57,970 nucleotides of DNA, from the IMG/VR virus record IMGVR_UViG_3300008217_000010, positions 1 to 57,970 of that record; one strand, 5' to 3'. The position numbers and the translations under genes are program-made. The notes under the pieces are model-generated. The model was not told the origin of the DNA, searched no databases, and saw only the letters and a program-made list of their open reading frames with translations. Positions 56,452 through 57,970 of this stretch are shown piece after piece (positions within the stretch are counted from its first letter, which is position 1; each line of letters starts with the position of its first letter). The DNA comes from a virus. Taxonomy: Duplodnaviria > Caudoviricetes.

Positions 56452-57031
56452 TAAGCATAATATTGCCAAGTCGATTACCTATACGATTCTTCAACTCGAC
56501 ATCCTCTATCTCGTGGTCTATGATTTCCGCTACCTTTCCAAACATCATTTGAACGACATTGAGAGGTATAACGAACTTCCTAGCTATCTCTATTTCACTC
56601 TTAGTTTTGATTAATGTAGCAATTGTTTTGGTTGTTGTATTAATTGCTGAGTTCAAATCACTAGGAGTAAATGTTATACCTAATACTTGAAGTTCGGATG
56701 CAGTCAAATCTTTGAATACCGCTAAGTGTTGCTTGTACAACTCAAGATATGCCCGTAGCATAGCTATCTCACGGTCAAGAGTGTACATGTCCTTATCATA
56801 GAGAAACTCTTCCATCCTCTCTTTGATGGCAGGTATCTCATAGGCAGTAATCTGAGTGCCATTAACAAAGTTTTCATGTTGATAACATCTACCTTCTCCA
56901 ACGTGGTCGGTATTAAAACCTTTCACATGAAGGCATTTGTTACCATCATTAGTTAATGCACCACAAAGGTTCCGTGTATCTTCAAGGACTGCGAGATTTT
57001 TCTCGCTCTTTCCTTCACGTTTAGTAATCAT
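56444..57031 (-). CDS. terminase small subunit (putative)
   Basis: CGA....G..C....GEGRCYQH N-terminus, LDREIAMLRA, immediately upstream of TerL. Confidence 0.7.
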   Translation of the reverse strand: MITKREGKSEKNLAVLEDTRNLCGALTNDGNKCLHVKGFNTDHVGEGRCYQHENFVNGTQITAYEIPAIKERMEEFLYDKDMYTLDREIAMLRAYLELYKQHLAVFKDLTASELQVLGITFTPSDLNSAINTTTKTIATLIKTKSEIEIARKFVIPLNVVQMMFGKVAEIIDHEIEDVELKNRIGNRLGNIMLNG

Positions 57032-57037
57032 ACCTTA

Positions 57038-57067
57038 AACGTATCACACCGCGCTACGGATTGTCAA
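57038..57067 (-). promoter_or_regulatory. promoter giving a probable leaderless TerS mRNA
   Basis: TTGACA-18 bp-TACGTT with extended -10 TG. Only 6 nt separate the -10 box from the ATG. Confidence 0.5.
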
Positions 57068-57089
57068 TAGAGTAAGAATATGAATTTTG

Positions 57090-57292
57090 ACAAAGAAAAA
57101 ACCCACCTGCTAAAAAGGGAAAGCCTACAAAAGGAGACCTTAATAGACCAATGAGTTCTTTCGTACTGAAGAAGAGCCTAGTCAGCAAGTGAGGAATACA
57201 CTTGACTGTCTAGCCGCACGGAGAAAAGAGTTACTTAATTAGGTCGGGGAGGACTTTGTTAAATTGAAACCCCTTCCCGCTCCCCTCCAGTA
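57090..57292 (-). ncRNA. candidate sRNA / attenuator leader
   Basis: Consensus promoter upstream, several helices, 12-bp long-range stem followed by a U-tract. Confidence 0.5.
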
Positions 57293-57298
57293 ATATAT

Positions 57299-57327
57299 AT
57301 TATATCAGTAATCTCTAGTGTTGTCAA
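57299..57327 (-). promoter_or_regulatory. consensus sigma70 promoter
   Basis: TTGACA-17 bp-TATAAT with extended -10 TG. Confidence 0.8.
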
Positions 57328-57414
57328 TATTAGCCTAGCCGATGTTTAATATTTGTTTTAATTCTATTACAAGCCTTATATAGTATATATCTTTATAGCA
57401 GTTAGGATGGAAGT

Positions 57415-57449
57415 GTAGTGTAGTGTAGCGTAGCGTAACGGAACGTAAC
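57415..57449 (+). repeat. pentamer tandem repeat GTAGT/GTAGC/GTAAC/GGAAC x7
   Basis: GTAGT GTAGT GTAGC GTAGC GTAAC GGAAC GTAAC, within a GGAAGT/ACTTCC inverted repeat. Confidence 0.75.
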
Positions 57450-57970
57450 TTCCTGATGAACTGCGTTAAGCAGTGATTAACAACTAAACACTAAGTACAT
57501 CAGTATTATATCAGTATATTGAATATTAATAACTAAGCGTTCCTTTATTTTGTGTTCCTCTTCCTAAGGTATCGTCCTTCCAGGGATTTGCGTTCCTAGA
57601 AAGCTAAGTTCTAAAGGTTAACTGCGATTTTTGATTATTATGCTGATAACTCTACTAATAACTACTTAAATATATTAAGTATATATATATTAATTAGTAA
57701 GCAGGAATTTTGAATTATTGGCGAGTTTCCTGAAGTAGTCCCTTCGGCAGAACTGCTGCACTCCAGAGTACTATGTGCTTATGGTTAACAGCGGTTTTCT
57801 AAGAATTTATAAAGGTTGAAGTCTGTGCCTTGGCTAGCGGAACGCAGCCAACTTAAAGCCTTTAGGCTTCACAGACGAAAATTAACGAGCACTATAAAGA
57901 ATATTAGTTTCTGATTTTTGAAAAAGTTGTGCGCAGATTTCTTTCTGGCCGCCCTTATATTAACGGACTC

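Noticed and set aside
57160-57230. CTGAAGA...GAAA hammerhead-like core on the + strand
   Set aside because: No stem II closing pair next to the core and no stem I/III arrangement.
57415-57449. CRISPR array
   Set aside because: These are 5-bp tandem units without spacers. No repeat-spacer array or cas operon was seen, and the Cas4-like nuclease sits in a recombination module.
57405-57485. Second hammerhead (GAAGT/ACTTC, CTGATGA, ACTGC/GCAGT)
   Set aside because: GATT replaces the required GAAA, and there is no NUH triplet or stem III. At most a relic.

Overview
This looks like a near-complete, AT-rich tailed dsDNA bacteriophage genome, probably a siphovirus (tail tube, frameshifted tail chaperone, tape measure, no sheath). 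Two transcription arms converge at about 34.1 kb. The + arm (0.1-33.8 kb) carries many small early genes (often CxxC zinc ribbons), a Fic protein, a RuvB-like ATPase, a Ycf46-type AAA / DUF3150 / DUF1257 / DUF2997 set, a DinG helicase, recombination genes, nucleotide-metabolism genes (class II RNR, dCTP deaminase, NDT-like proteins), a DNA methyltransferase and an Acb2/Tad1-like protein. The - arm (57.0-34.2 kb) is morphogenesis: TerS, a TerL split into two genes, portal, a protease-scaffold-capsid fusion, a double beta-helix protein, and neck, tail and fibre genes. The two non-coding ends share a repeated motif and probably join into one divergent control region. Signals not shown by the ORF track: (1) a type III hammerhead ribozyme in an early leader (699-757); (2) a tRNA-Leu-like RNA with a 77-nt arm replacing the anticodon arm, preceded by a second structured RNA; (3) a promoter-driven RNA switch upstream of TerS; (4) two families of dispersed non-coding motifs; (5) decay by single-base indels and nonsense changes in about a dozen accessory genes, including thyX and the dNMP kinase, while all long genes are intact. 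I could not recognise a DNA polymerase, primase, integrase or endolysin. All family calls come from motif recognition by eye, not database searches.
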